Positions 18,156 to 27,584 of a stretch of DNA of 64,000 bases are shown here, piece after piece. The position numbers were made by a program, and so were the translations under genes. Location: positions 1,418-65,417 of the forward strand of contig JAUVYE010000001.1 in the NCBI GenBank assembly GCA_030603245.1, given 5' to 3'. A model generated the notes under the pieces. That model saw only the letters and a program-made list of their open reading frames with translations, was not told the DNA's origin and searched no databases. Within the stretch, counting starts at the first letter, position 1, and the number at the start of each line of letters is the position of its first letter. The DNA is from a bacterium. Its GTDB lineage: Bacteria; Patescibacteriota; Minisyncoccia; Minisyncoccales; DG-74-3.

Positions 18156-18890
18156 TTACATCCTTATCCCGATTTTTAGATCGTACTCTCTTCTCTTTGC
18201 TGGATTACTTAGAACCTTGTAAGCTTCAGTAATTTTTTTCATCATTTCCTCAGCCTGTTTTTTAACCCATTCTTTTGAACCTGGTGATTGACTGTCTGGG
18301 TGATATTCCTTGGTCTTTTGGTGGTATCTTTGCTTAATTTCTTCTTGATTAGCTTCCGGAGAAATATCTAAAATCTCATAATAGGTCTCTTTCAGCCTTT
18401 CTTCTTCTTTTGAAATTGGAATATTTAGGATTTCTGCCTGTTCTTGAAAACTTAGAATCATTGCCTTAGCTTCTTCATAGGAAGTTTCTTCAGCCTCAAA
18501 CTCTTGAAGAGAATTGAGAAGTTCTACCTCCAAGATTTTCAGTCCAGCCAGAATCTCTGGTCTTCTAGTGGTCAAGATAGCTTTTTTAATCAAGCTCTTT
18601 GTTGTAGAAAAGAGATTTTTGATCTCCTTTCTTTCTCTTTCTCTTTGTCTCTCTATTCTTTTTATCAAGGAAGAAATCTCTGCTTCAGCCCTTGCCAGTC
18701 CTCCTGGAACCTGAAGTCTTGAAACTATTGAAGATAGCTCTTGGCCAAATCCATCAGAATTTAAGGACCCCAGCTCCTCTTTTAGTTCCTCGAGTCTAGA
18801 AGTCCTTATCTGGTACTCTTTAAGTATTTCTTCGAAACGCTCCATCGGTGTTTTCTTAAATTTCCCTATCACATCCCGAACCCTCTGCAT
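18156..18890 (-). CDS. J-domain (DnaJ-like) protein with N-terminal coiled-coil region
   Basis: C-terminal J domain YYEILDISPEANQEEIKQRYHQKTKEYHPD with the invariant HPD tripeptide. No Zn-finger or DnaJ C-terminal domains. Confidence 0.7.
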   Translation of the reverse strand: MQRVRDVIGKFKKTPMERFEEILKEYQIRTSRLEELKEELGSLNSDGFGQELSSIVSRLQVPGGLARAEAEISSLIKRIERQRERERKEIKNLFSTTKSLIKKAILTTRRPEILAGLKILEVELLNSLQEFEAEETSYEEAKAMILSFQEQAEILNIPISKEEERLKETYYEILDISPEANQEEIKQRYHQKTKEYHPDSQSPGSKEWVKKQAEEMMKKITEAYKVLSNPAKRREYDLKIGIRM

Positions 18891-18960
18891 ATCTTTCTCC
18901 TCTTTTTTTGTAAAGGTCTATTTTCAGTCTAAGTATTTTAAAATTTTTGTCAATTTCAAG

Positions 18961-18976
18961 CCTTGCTTTTTTCAAT
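18961..18976. promoter_or_regulatory. Copy 2 of the repeated 16-mer CCTTGCTTTTTTCAAT, upstream of the J-domain/vWA operon
   Basis: Exact repeat of 17350-17365. Confidence 0.35.
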
Positions 18977-19014
18977 CAATCTGATACAATATTTTAATAA
19001 TGTTTATCTATTAT

Positions 19015-19090
19015 GCCCCTGTGGTCTAATGGATATGACGCTGCGCTTCGGACGCAGAGATTGTGGGTTCGACTCCTACCAGGGGTACCA
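19015..19090 (+). tRNA. tRNA-Arg (anticodon TCG), CCA encoded
   Basis: Cloverleaf with acceptor stem GCCCCTG/CAGGGGT, anticodon stem CTGCG/CGCAG, loop CTTCGGA and T-loop TTCGACT. A 3' CCA is present. Confidence 0.75.
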
Positions 19091-19102
19091 AAAAAGCGTA
19101 AA

Positions 19103-19561
19103 GTGAAAAACGTAAAGCATAAAACAAAAAGAAGAAGTCAAGTATTGTTTATAGCAACTCTTTTGCTTTTTTTGTTTTTTTGTTTAATTCCTGATTATAC
19201 TGAAGCTGGTTTAGTACCTTGTGGTCGTAGCGTAGACGATCCTAATACTCGAGACATAGATGAAACTGATTTTTGTACACTATGCCATCTTTTTATTCTT
19301 CTCAATAATATTTTCACTTACTTTTTCAAATTTATTCTGCCAGTCGTAGCTACTGGTTTAATTGCTTGGGGAGGATTTACTTTACTCATAGCTGGAGAAA
19401 GTAAAACTAAGTTTGAACAAGCAAAAAACATAATAACAGCTGCAGTAGTAGGATTAGTCATTATTTTGGCTTCCTGGATATTTTTAAATATGTTTTTATC
19501 TTCTATCGGAGTAGCTGAATGGACTAGATTGGGAAGCTGGTGGAAAATTGAATGCCCCTAA
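19103..19561 (+). CDS. Small VirB2/TrbC-like pilin-family membrane protein with LVPCGR...PNT...HLFIL motif (start uncertain: GTG 19103 or TTG 19145)
   Basis: The given ORF's ATG (19013) lies inside tRNA-Arg, so a downstream start is required. The protein has a basic N-region, a hydrophobic signal-like segment, the GLVPCGRSVDDPNTRDIDETDFCTLCHLFILLNNI motif and two TM helices separated by AGESKTKFEQAKNII. The same motif occurs at the C-terminus of the 880-aa protein at 27584-30226. Confidence 0.5.
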   Translation: MKNVKHKTKRRSQVLFIATLLLFLFFCLIPDYTEAGLVPCGRSVDDPNTRDIDETDFCTLCHLFILLNNIFTYFFKFILPVVATGLIAWGGFTLLIAGESKTKFEQAKNIITAAVVGLVIILASWIFLNMFLSSIGVAEWTRLGSWWKIECP

Positions 19562-19562
19562 G

Positions 19563-19635
19563 GCCCTCATAGCTCAATTGGCAGAGCAGTTGCCTCTTAA
19601 GCAATTGGTTTCAGGTTCGAGTCCTGATGGGGGCA
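19563..19635 (+). tRNA. tRNA-Lys (anticodon CTT)
   Basis: Cloverleaf with acceptor stem GCCCTCA/TGGGGGC, anticodon loop CTCTTAA and T-loop TTCGAGT. It begins 2 nt after the pilin-like gene stop. Confidence 0.8.
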
Positions 19636-19654
19636 CAAAACTAAAATTAAAACT

Positions 19655-19927
19655 ATGTTAACAATTGAACAAAAAGAAAAAATCATTAAAAAATACAAAC
19701 TGCATAAATCAGACACTGGTTCTCCTGAAGTTCAGGTTGCCTTATTAAGTGATGAAATCAATCGTCTTCTTTTACATCTTAAAAAGCATAAAAAAGATCT
19801 TCATTCTAAAAGAGGACTTTTAAAAATGGTGGTAAAAAGAAGGTCTCTTTTAAATTATTTAAAAGACAAAAATACTAGAAGATACAACAGTATTATTAAA
19901 AAGGTTGGTCTAAAAACTAAAAAGTAA
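19655..19927 (+). CDS. rpsO: 30S ribosomal protein S15
   Basis: Typical S15 sequence ([13 protein letters not shown]...[16 protein letters not shown]...[12 protein letters not shown]). Confidence 0.9.
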   Translation: MLTIEQKEKIIKKYKLHKSDTGSPEVQVALLSDEINRLLLHLKKHKKDLHSKRGLLKMVVKRRSLLNYLKDKNTRRYNSIIKKVGLKTKK

Positions 19928-20443
19928 ATGGTAACCGCTAAACACAAAGGCCAAAGAATAGCTGTCTTAATTGACGTTCAAAACCTCTATCACTCAGCTA
20001 AAAATCTTTATCGGGCCCGAGTTAATTTCAGGGCTGTTTTAAAATTAGCAGTAGGTGACAGAAACCTTATTAGAGCTTTTGCTTATGTAATTAAAACAAA
20101 AACAGGAGAAGAAAAAGCTTTTTTTGAAGCTTTAATAAAACTTGGGATAGAAACTAGGGTGAAAGAGTTACAGGAATTTTATGGAGGATTTAAAAAGGGT
20201 GATTGGGATGTAGGAATAACTATTGATGCTATTAGGATCTCTCCATCTGTTGATACTATTGTTTTAGCTTCAGGAGATGGTGATTTTCTTCAATTGGTTG
20301 AATATTTAAAAAATCAAGGAAAAAGAGTAGAAATGATTGCTTTTGGCAGATCTTCTTCGGCAAAATTAAAAGAAGCTGTTGATGAGTTTACAGATTTGGA
20401 AAAAAATACTCGAAAATATCTTTTAAAAATATTAAAAAAATAA
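19928..20443 (+). CDS. NYN-domain (LabA-like PIN-type) protein
   Basis: IAVLIDVQNLYHSAKNL start and a later ASGDGDF motif, both characteristic of NYN/LabA domains. Confidence 0.65.
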   Translation: MVTAKHKGQRIAVLIDVQNLYHSAKNLYRARVNFRAVLKLAVGDRNLIRAFAYVIKTKTGEEKAFFEALIKLGIETRVKELQEFYGGFKKGDWDVGITIDAIRISPSVDTIVLASGDGDFLQLVEYLKNQGKRVEMIAFGRSSSAKLKEAVDEFTDLEKNTRKYLLKILKK

Positions 20444-20446
20444 TTA

Positions 20447-22543
20447 ATGGAAAAATTTAAATTAAAACTTGGGGATAAAGATTTAATTGTTGAAATAAGT
20501 GATTTGGCAGAACAAGCTTCAGGTTCTTGTTTGGTTCAGTATGGAGACACCTTGGTTTTAGCTACTGCAGTTATGTCAGAACAAAAAAGAGAAGGCATAG
20601 ATTATTTTCCTTTATCAGTTAATTATGAAGAAAGACATTATGCGGCTGGAAAAATTTTGGGTTCAAGATATATGAGAAGAGAGGGAAGGCCTTCGGACGA
20701 AGCTATTTTAGCTTCTAGATTAATTGATAGGGCCATCAGACCTCTTTTTCCTAAAAGCCTTAAAAAAGACGTTCAGGTTATTATTACTTGTCTTTCCTGG
20801 GATAAAGAAAACGATCCAGATATTCTTGGCCTTTTAGCTGCATCTATTTCTCTCTTAATTTCAGATATTCCCTGGTTAGGACCAGTTGCTCCTCTTAGAA
20901 TTGGCCAGGAAAAAGAAAATTTTGTTATTAACCCCACCTATGCCCAAAGAGAGCAAAGTGATTTAGATTTAATCATTTCAGCTGTTGAGCGGAACAATGA
21001 AATCTTGATTAATATGATTGAAGCAGAAGCTAAAGAAATAGACGAAAAAACAGTTTTAAAAGCTATTGAATGGTCAAAACCTTCTCTTAAAAAATTAATT
21101 AATTTTCAAAATCAAATAGTTAAAAGGGTGGCTAAAAAGAAACAAGCTATTGAACTGGTTGATATTCAACCAAAATTACAAAAAGAAATTAAAGATTTTC
21201 TGGGAAACAAGTTTGAAAAAGCTTTAGCTCAAAAAATCAAAGAAGAGCAAGCTCAAGCAATAAAGCTTGTTAATCAAGAAGTATTAGATTTTGTGGCTGA
21301 AAAAGATCCAGAACAAAAACAAGCTGTTGTTAAAGAGTTTTTAGAACAAGAATTAAAAGATTTAATTAATCAAAATATTATTTTAAAAGAAAAAAGGCCT
21401 GATAATAGAAAATTAGATCAGGTTAGAAAAATCTCTTGTCGGGCCGGGCTTTTACCAAGAACCCATGGCTCTGGTCTTTTTTGCCGGGGTAGAACAAAAA
21501 CTCTTTCTATTCTCACTCTTGGTTCGCCAGGTGACGTTAAACTTTTTGCAAACATGGAAATGGTTGGAGAAAAGAAATTTATGCATCATTATAATTTTCC
21601 GCCATATTCAGTTGGAGAAGTAAGACCTATTAGAGGACCAGGTAGAAGAGAAATTGGACATGGTATGTTGGTTGAAAAAGCTTTAAAGCCAATTATTCCC
21701 AATTCTGAAAACTTTCCTTATACTATTAGAGTAGTTTCAGAAATCCTATCTTCTAATGGCTCAACCTCAATGGCTGCTGTTTGTGCTTCTTCTTTGGCTT
21801 TAATGGATGCTGGGGTACCAATTAAAGCCCCAGTGGCTGGAATCTCTTTGGGTTTAATAAAAAAGGGGGAAGATTACAAAATTTTAACAGATATTCAGGG
21901 GTTAGAAGATCATTATGGAAGTATGGATTTTAAAATAACTGGAACCAAAAAAGGAATTACTGCTATTCAAATGGACGTTAAAATTGATGGAATTCCAACT
22001 AAGATTTTGAAAGAAAGTTTTGCCCAGGCTCAAAAAGCAAGGTTTCAAATTTTAGACGAAATGAAAAAAACAATTTCCAAGTCAAGGCCAGAACTTTCTC
22101 CTTTTGCTCCTAGAATTTTAACTATCCAAATTAATCCCGATAAAATTAGAGATGTTATTGGAAAAGGAGGAAAAATAATTAATGAAATCATACAAGAATG
22201 TAATGTTTCAATTGATATTGAGGATACAGGTCAGGTTTTTATTACTTCAGAATCACAAGAATCAGCTCAAAAAGCAGTTGAATGGATAGAAAAACTTACC
22301 CGAGAAGCTAAGGTGGGAGAATCTTTTCAGGGAACAGTAAAAAAGATTTTAGATTTTGGAGCTTTTGTTGAAATTCTTCCTGGTCAAGAAGGGCTAATTC
22401 ATATTTCAAAACTGTCTCCGGGAAGAGTAGGAAAAGTAACTGATGTTGTCAAACTCAATGATATTGTAGAGGTTAAAGTAATTTCTATTGATGAACAAGG
22501 TAGAATAAATCTTTTGCTCAATAAGGTAATTAAAAAAGCTTAG
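20447..22543 (+). CDS. pnp: Polyribonucleotide nucleotidyltransferase (PNPase)
   Basis: Two RNase PH-like domains followed by KH (IGKGGKIINEI) and S1 (GTVKKILDFGAFVEI) domains. Conserved rpsO-pnp synteny. Confidence 0.9.
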   Translation: MEKFKLKLGDKDLIVEISDLAEQASGSCLVQYGDTLVLATAVMSEQKREGIDYFPLSVNYEERHYAAGKILGSRYMRREGRPSDEAILASRLIDRAIRPLFPKSLKKDVQVIITCLSWDKENDPDILGLLAASISLLISDIPWLGPVAPLRIGQEKENFVINPTYAQREQSDLDLIISAVERNNEILINMIEAEAKEIDEKTVLKAIEWSKPSLKKLINFQNQIVKRVAKKKQAIELVDIQPKLQKEIKDFLGNKFEKALAQKIKEEQAQAIKLVNQEVLDFVAEKDPEQKQAVVKEFLEQELKDLINQNIILKEKRPDNRKLDQVRKISCRAGLLPRTHGSGLFCRGRTKTLSILTLGSPGDVKLFANMEMVGEKKFMHHYNFPPYSVGEVRPIRGPGRREIGHGMLVEKALKPIIPNSENFPYTIRVVSEILSSNGSTSMAAVCASSLALMDAGVPIKAPVAGISLGLIKKGEDYKILTDIQGLEDHYGSMDFKITGTKKGITAIQMDVKIDGIPTKILKESFAQAQKARFQILDEMKKTISKSRPELSPFAPRILTIQINPDKIRDVIGKGGKIINEIIQECNVSIDIEDTGQVFITSESQESAQKAVEWIEKLTREAKVGESFQGTVKKILDFGAFVEILPGQEGLIHISKLSPGRVGKVTDVVKLNDIVEVKVISIDEQGRINLLLNKVIKKA

Positions 22544-22556
22544 AATTTAATTTTTT

Positions 22557-24440
22557 ATGCCAGAACAAAAAAAGGAAAAACTAGATTTCTTAAAAAGAGA
22601 GGAGATTAAAACAATGGCTAAAGATTTAGCTCTTTTAAGAGAATTAGAGGCTAAAAAACAGAGAGAAAAAATTGCTTCAATAAAGCTAAAAGAAGATCGT
22701 TTGGCTCAGGAAAAAAAATTAGAACAGATTCCAAAACAAGTCAAAGACAAACCTAAAAAAATATTCTCAATTTCAAAAAAACCCAAAATACCTTCTCGGT
22801 CTAAAAAAATATTAGTAAGGGGAATAATTATTCTTCTTTTTGTTTTGTTTTTGGGTGTAATTGCCTGGGTTTTTTGGCCCAAAGAAAAACCTTACATTCC
22901 TGAGTCTGAACAAGAGGTTGAAGAAGAGTTAGAAATACGAATTCCTGTTTCTTTAATTCCAATAGAAAAGACTAAAACCCCTGAGATTTCTAATGTTGAA
23001 GAAATCTCAACAATTCTTAATCAAATAATGCAGGAAGAAATAGTTCAAGGTGAATTTTTAAGAGTTGCGATTAAAAATATTGAAGAAGAAAGATTAGTTT
23101 CTTTTCAAGAACTTTCAGCTGGTCTTGGTATTGAAGTGCCTGAAGAAATGTATCAAAAAATAGATCAAGATTATACTTTGGCTTTTTATTCACAAGACAA
23201 AGAAAAAAGAGTGGTTTTAATAGCAAGGGTTAAAGAACATCAGGGCCTAATTGAGATATTAAAAAGCTGGGAAACACAAATACTTCAAAAAGGCATTGTA
23301 ATTTCAGAAGAACAGTATCCATCCTTAGCGCCCAGCTTTAAAGCTTCTTTTTATAAAGATATTGATTTTCGTTATTTAACTGTTTCAGAAGCTGATCTTG
23401 ATCTTTGTTATGCCTATTTTGATAACTATTTCTTAGTAACATCTTCTTTTGAGAGCTTTAAAAAAGTAATTGATGAAATAGAAAAACAAGAAACAAACAA
23501 TCAGATTGGTCAATTGTTTATTGTTGGTTTTGAGGGAAAAATTGTAACGCCTGAATTAGAAGAGTTTTTTAAAAAATACAAACCAGGTGGAGTGCTTTTG
23601 CTTTCTAAAAACATTGAGAGCGAAGCTCAATTAAAGAAATTAAACTCAGACTTACAAGCCCTTTCTTTAAGGGAAAGCGGATTGCCTCTTTTTATTGCTG
23701 TAGATCAAGAAGGGGGAATTATTTCCAGGGTTGATTTTTTAGAAGAGAAAACTGCTCAATCTGAAATTGAAACTACAGAACAAGCATTTTTGATTGGTCA
23801 AAAAAGAGGTGAAGCATTGAAAGAGTTGGGTATAAACCTTAATTTAGCCCCTGTTTTAGATTCTATTGAAACAGGAGATTTTCTTTTTGAGCGCTCTTTT
23901 CAAAAACCAATTGAAGAGATTGGCGAGTTAGGAAAAGCACTAATTCAAGGACAAAAAACAGCTGACATTTTAACAGCCATGAAACATTTTCCTGGATATG
24001 GAGCAATTTCTTTTCACCCAGAAGAAATTTTGGCTCGGGTTGAACAAATTCCTGAAATTTCTCAATTTAAAAAAGCAATGGAAGCCAATCCTGAATTAGT
24101 AATGACTTCAAATGTTGTTTATAAAGAAATTGATGCTTCTTTACCTTTTATTTTTTCTCCGGATGGAATTCAATTTTTAAGAAATAACTTGGGTATTAAT
24201 GTTTTAATAGTTTCTGATGACCTAGATCAAAACTCTCTTTTGAACAATTTTTCTTTAAAAGAAATGGTTGTTAAACCAATTGAAGCTGGAGTTGATATTA
24301 TGATTTTTTCTGGTTGGCGAAGTTCAGTAGAACAAGCATTAGAAGCATTTTTATCAGCGTTTGAAATTGGTGAAATTTCAGAAACAAGTGTTAATAATGC
24401 TGTTTCAAAGATTATTAACTTTAAACAAGACAATCTTTAA
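22557..24440 (+). CDS. Membrane-anchored glycoside hydrolase family 3 (NagZ-like beta-N-acetylhexosaminidase) with long N-terminal extension
   Basis: GH3 N-domain motifs (FIVGFEGK, KHFPGYGA) in the C-terminal ~330 aa, plus an N-terminal Lys-rich region and a TM segment. Confidence 0.65.
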   Translation: MPEQKKEKLDFLKREEIKTMAKDLALLRELEAKKQREKIASIKLKEDRLAQEKKLEQIPKQVKDKPKKIFSISKKPKIPSRSKKILVRGIIILLFVLFLGVIAWVFWPKEKPYIPESEQEVEEELEIRIPVSLIPIEKTKTPEISNVEEISTILNQIMQEEIVQGEFLRVAIKNIEEERLVSFQELSAGLGIEVPEEMYQKIDQDYTLAFYSQDKEKRVVLIARVKEHQGLIEILKSWETQILQKGIVISEEQYPSLAPSFKASFYKDIDFRYLTVSEADLDLCYAYFDNYFLVTSSFESFKKVIDEIEKQETNNQIGQLFIVGFEGKIVTPELEEFFKKYKPGGVLLLSKNIESEAQLKKLNSDLQALSLRESGLPLFIAVDQEGGIISRVDFLEEKTAQSEIETTEQAFLIGQKRGEALKELGINLNLAPVLDSIETGDFLFERSFQKPIEEIGELGKALIQGQKTADILTAMKHFPGYGAISFHPEEILARVEQIPEISQFKKAMEANPELVMTSNVVYKEIDASLPFIFSPDGIQFLRNNLGINVLIVSDDLDQNSLLNNFSLKEMVVKPIEAGVDIMIFSGWRSSVEQALEAFLSAFEIGEISETSVNNAVSKIINFKQDNL

Positions 24441-24444
24441 AAAT

Positions 24445-24813
24445 ATGGATAAAAAATTAATTCAAGAATTAAAAAACAATTTAGAAAAAGAAAAGGACAA
24501 ATTAGAAAAAATACTTGGCTCTTTTGCTCAAAAAGATGAAAAAGTGCCCGGGGACTGGGATACAAAATTTCCTTCTATGGGCCAGGGATCTGAAGGAGTT
24601 GATTTAGAAAGAGAGGCTGATGAGGTAGAAAAATACAGCACTCTTTTGCCAATTGAGCACAGCTTGGAAAAAAGACTTAAGAATGTGGATTTAGCTCTGG
24701 AAAATATTAAAAAAGGAAAATACGGGATTTGTGAAAAATGCAAAAAACCAATTAGCATTCAAAGATTAAAGGTTTCTCCCGAAGCAAGGATTTGTTTAAA
24801 GTGTAAAAATTAA
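24445..24813 (+). CDS. DksA/TraR-family C4-type zinc-finger protein (start at internal ATG rather than 24361)
   Basis: Coiled-coil N-terminus and C-terminal CEKC...(17 aa)...CLKC zinc finger. Confidence 0.6.
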   Translation: MDKKLIQELKNNLEKEKDKLEKILGSFAQKDEKVPGDWDTKFPSMGQGSEGVDLEREADEVEKYSTLLPIEHSLEKRLKNVDLALENIKKGKYGICEKCKKPISIQRLKVSPEARICLKCKN

Positions 24814-24826
24814 TTCTAAAAAACAT

Positions 24827-25012
24827 ATGTCAGACGAAATTAAACGTGCAATCAATAATTTAAAAGATGATTTAAAAAGAGAAGTGTCTAAATCAATTGA
24901 CATGCTTTACAATATTCAATCTCGGCTTGAAAGATTAGAAGAAGAATCAAAAAGAGAATTAAAGAATATAAAATACACCCTTAAAGACATTAAAGATAAG
25001 ATTAATAAATAG
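24827..25012 (+). CDS. Small coiled-coil hypothetical protein
   Basis: 61-aa charged helical ORF. Plus-strand operon context is the only support. Confidence 0.3.
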   Translation: MSDEIKRAINNLKDDLKREVSKSIDMLYNIQSRLERLEEESKRELKNIKYTLKDIKDKINK

Positions 25013-25026
25013 GATTTTCTGAAAAC

Positions 25027-25056
25027 TAAAAACCGCTTTTTAATGCGGTTTTTTAA
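25027..25056. terminator. Bidirectional intrinsic terminator between convergent genes
   Basis: AAAAACCGC-TTTTAAT-GCGGTTTTTT: a hairpin flanked by an A run and a T run. Confidence 0.6.
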
Positions 25057-25070
25057 TAATCAGTAATTAT

Positions 25071-26102
25071 TTATTGAGCGAATGGGTTTCGAGCTCCGCT
25101 TACTCCAAAATGAACGTGACAACCAGTAGATAATCCTGAACCAGGCATACCCCATCCACCACCCATTAAAGCAATACGATCACCCTGAGAAACTTTCTGT
25201 CCAACATTAACCAAGCTTTTAGCAATATGTCCATACATTGTTACAACTCCATTAGGATGTAAAATTTTAATATAGTTCCCCGCTCCTCCAAAAGCCCATT
25301 TAGAAGTAGAAGTGGTTAATTTTACTCTTAAAACCTCGCCTCCTGCAGCAGCATAAATTAGCTCATTGCATTTACCGTGACTAAAGTCAATTGCATTATA
25401 CCAGTGAAGTCCTTGAGTAATTCTGCACGGCAAAGCAATCGGACAAATAAAATAACTGGAGGCTAAAGGAACATATTGGGACACATAAAGAACAGATGGC
25501 GCAGGCATTATTCCATTAGGAATAACAAGAATATCACCAATAAAAATATCTCCTTCTGAGGAAAGACTATTAAATGCTATAATTTCTGATGTTTTTCCTT
25601 TATAAGTTTGAGCAATGTTTGAAATTATGTCTCCACTCTTAACATGATAAATCACTCCTGAAATTGGAGGAATAATCAGTTTTTTACCAAGTCTCAAAAC
25701 TGTATTTTCATTTAAATCATTAGCCCAAAGCAAACTCTTTAAAGAAATCTTAAATCTTCGGGCAATTGTTGAAAGATTGTCGCCAGACTCAACAACATAT
25801 TCAATAATTCCTTGTCTAATTTCTGACAAATCTACAGAACCAACCAAAGCTCCTAAAACCTGAGGGGACAGAGTGGTTGGAGGCAGAGAGGCTTTTAAAC
25901 TGTTTCTTTGAATTAAAAGAAAATCTGGGGATTCTAAAGAAAACTTGTTTGATGGACCTAAAAACAAATCATGTTGGCTTTTAACCTCAAAATTCTCCAT
26001 TGTAATTGGAGAATCATTGCCCAAAAGAATCAAAGATATCAATCCTAATAAGATAATCGCACTTGTGAAAATCTTTTTTCGCGACATATTTGAACTAAAC
26101 AT
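25071..26102 (-). CDS. LysM-domain M23-family peptidoglycan endopeptidase
   Basis: Two LysM repeats (YVVESGDNLSTIARRF, YHVKSGDIISNIAQTY) and C-terminal M23 motifs including HVHFGVS. Confidence 0.8.
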   Translation of the reverse strand: MFSSNMSRKKIFTSAIILLGLISLILLGNDSPITMENFEVKSQHDLFLGPSNKFSLESPDFLLIQRNSLKASLPPTTLSPQVLGALVGSVDLSEIRQGIIEYVVESGDNLSTIARRFKISLKSLLWANDLNENTVLRLGKKLIIPPISGVIYHVKSGDIISNIAQTYKGKTSEIIAFNSLSSEGDIFIGDILVIPNGIMPAPSVLYVSQYVPLASSYFICPIALPCRITQGLHWYNAIDFSHGKCNELIYAAAGGEVLRVKLTTSTSKWAFGGAGNYIKILHPNGVVTMYGHIAKSLVNVGQKVSQGDRIALMGGGWGMPGSGLSTGCHVHFGVSGARNPFAQ

Positions 26103-26220
26103 TGACCCTTTTAGGTCTAACTTTAGGATATCTTAGCAAGACTAAAAGTCAAGTGGATAAAAAAAAGCCAGAAATAATTCTGACATTGTGGTTAGGAGTT
26201 GAAAGTTAGTTCTTTCATCA

Positions 26221-26652
26221 TTATTCTTTCATCCTCTCTTTTATTTCCCCTAAAAGATCTTTTACGTCCTCTAGTGTTGTGGTTCTTCCTCCTGATCCTC
26301 CCTCGAAGCCCATTTCAAGAGAAAACATCACTATTCCTATTCCTATCCAGAATAACGATAGAAAGATTCCCTGTTCATATGATAGGCCAAAATCAAAGAG
26401 TTGAAAACAGAATAGACCGAATATTGTAAATCCTGTCCAGATTGCGGAGAGATTACCAAACAATGCTACCCCAATACATATTATGATGCTTAACGGAAGA
26501 AGCATCCTGATTCTTTCTGGGGCAAGAGTCCAAGTAGTCTCAATAAAATCTGATTTGATGGGACGGTCCATCACATACACAGAAACAATGGTTGCTAACA
26601 AAGCAATCCATACTCCTATCAACTTTCTTTTTTCTTCAGAACTAATTTCCAA
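26221..26652 (-). CDS. Hypothetical small membrane protein
   Basis: 143 aa with 3-4 predicted TM helices and no motifs. Confidence 0.3.
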   Translation of the reverse strand: MEISSEEKRKLIGVWIALLATIVSVYVMDRPIKSDFIETTWTLAPERIRMLLPLSIIICIGVALFGNLSAIWTGFTIFGLFCFQLFDFGLSYEQGIFLSLFWIGIGIVMFSLEMGFEGGSGGRTTTLEDVKDLLGEIKERMKE

Positions 26653-26759
26653 AGAACATCACATCCTCTAATTAAATAATAAAATGTTTCTAATAAAAAG
26701 TCAAGGGAAGGGTTCTAATGATAAGCATCACAATTTCTGTGATAGAATAAAATATATTT

Positions 26760-27584
26760 ATGAATCTCATATCAAAAAGTGTAGTTAAACAAGTTTTAGA
26801 CAAATACCAAGTTAGACCTTTAAAAAGATTGGGGCAGAATTTTTTAGTTAATAAAAAAGCTCTCAATGATTTTATTAATGCTTGTGATTTGAGAAAAAGT
26901 GATGTTGTTTTGGAAATTGGCCCTGGACTTGGAACAATAACTCAAGAAATAGCCAAAAAAGTAAAAACAGTTATTGCAATAGAAAAAGACAAGAAAATGT
27001 GCGAAATCATGAAAGAAACATTATCTGATTTAAATAATATAGAAATAATTAATCAAGATGTGTTGAAAATTTTCAATTCCCAATTTTCAATTTCCAATTA
27101 TAAAGTAGTAGGAAATCTTCCTTTTTATATCACAGCGCCTGTTATTAGAAAATTCTTAGAAACCAAAAATCAACCAAAAGAAATGATTTTCATGATTCAA
27201 AAAGAAGTAGGGCAAAGAATTTGTGCAAAGCCGCCGAAAATGAGTCTTTTAGCTGTATCAGTTCAATTTTATGCTAAGCCAAAAATTGTTTCGTATCTTC
27301 CAAAAAATTCTTTTTGGCCTCAACCAAAAGTAAACTCAACTATTATTAAAATAATTCCTCAAAAACAAACTATTGTTAATGCAAAATTATTTTTTGAGGT
27401 TGTAAAAGCAGGATTCGCTCATCCCAGAAAACAATTAAGAAACAATCTTTCAAAACGATTAAAAATGAACAAAGAAAAAACTGAACAATGGCTTTTGAGA
27501 AACAATATTCAGCCCAATCAAAGAGCAGAAACTTTAAAAGTTCAAGATTGGATAAATCTCACAAAAACAATTAAAATGAATTAA
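26760..27584 (+). CDS. rsmA: 16S rRNA (adenine1518/1519-N6)-dimethyltransferase
   Basis: KsgA motifs LGQNFLVN and the SAM-binding VLEIGPGLGTIT. Confidence 0.9.
   Translation: MNLISKSVVKQVLDKYQVRPLKRLGQNFLVNKKALNDFINACDLRKSDVVLEIGPGLGTITQEIAKKVKTVIAIEKDKKMCEIMKETLSDLNNIEIINQDVLKIFNSQFSISNYKVVGNLPFYITAPVIRKFLETKNQPKEMIFMIQKEVGQRICAKPPKMSLLAVSVQFYAKPKIVSYLPKNSFWPQPKVNSTIIKIIPQKQTIVNAKLFFEVVKAGFAHPRKQLRNNLSKRLKMNKEKTEQWLLRNNIQPNQRAETLKVQDWINLTKTIKMN

Noticed and set aside
19013-19102. ATG start of the listed ORF 19013-19561 (MPLWSNGYDAALRTQRL...)
   Set aside because: These codons overlap a well-formed tRNA-Arg (19015-19090) on the same strand. The first ~30 residues are a translation of tRNA sequence, so the real start was moved to GTG 19103 or TTG 19145.
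24361-24444. Upstream extension of the DksA/TraR-like ORF (MKLVKFQKQVLIMLFQRLLTLNKTIFKN...)
   Set aside because: The extension overlaps the 3' end of the GH3 gene. An in-frame ATG at 24445, right after that gene's stop, gives a typical ~120-aa DksA/TraR protein.
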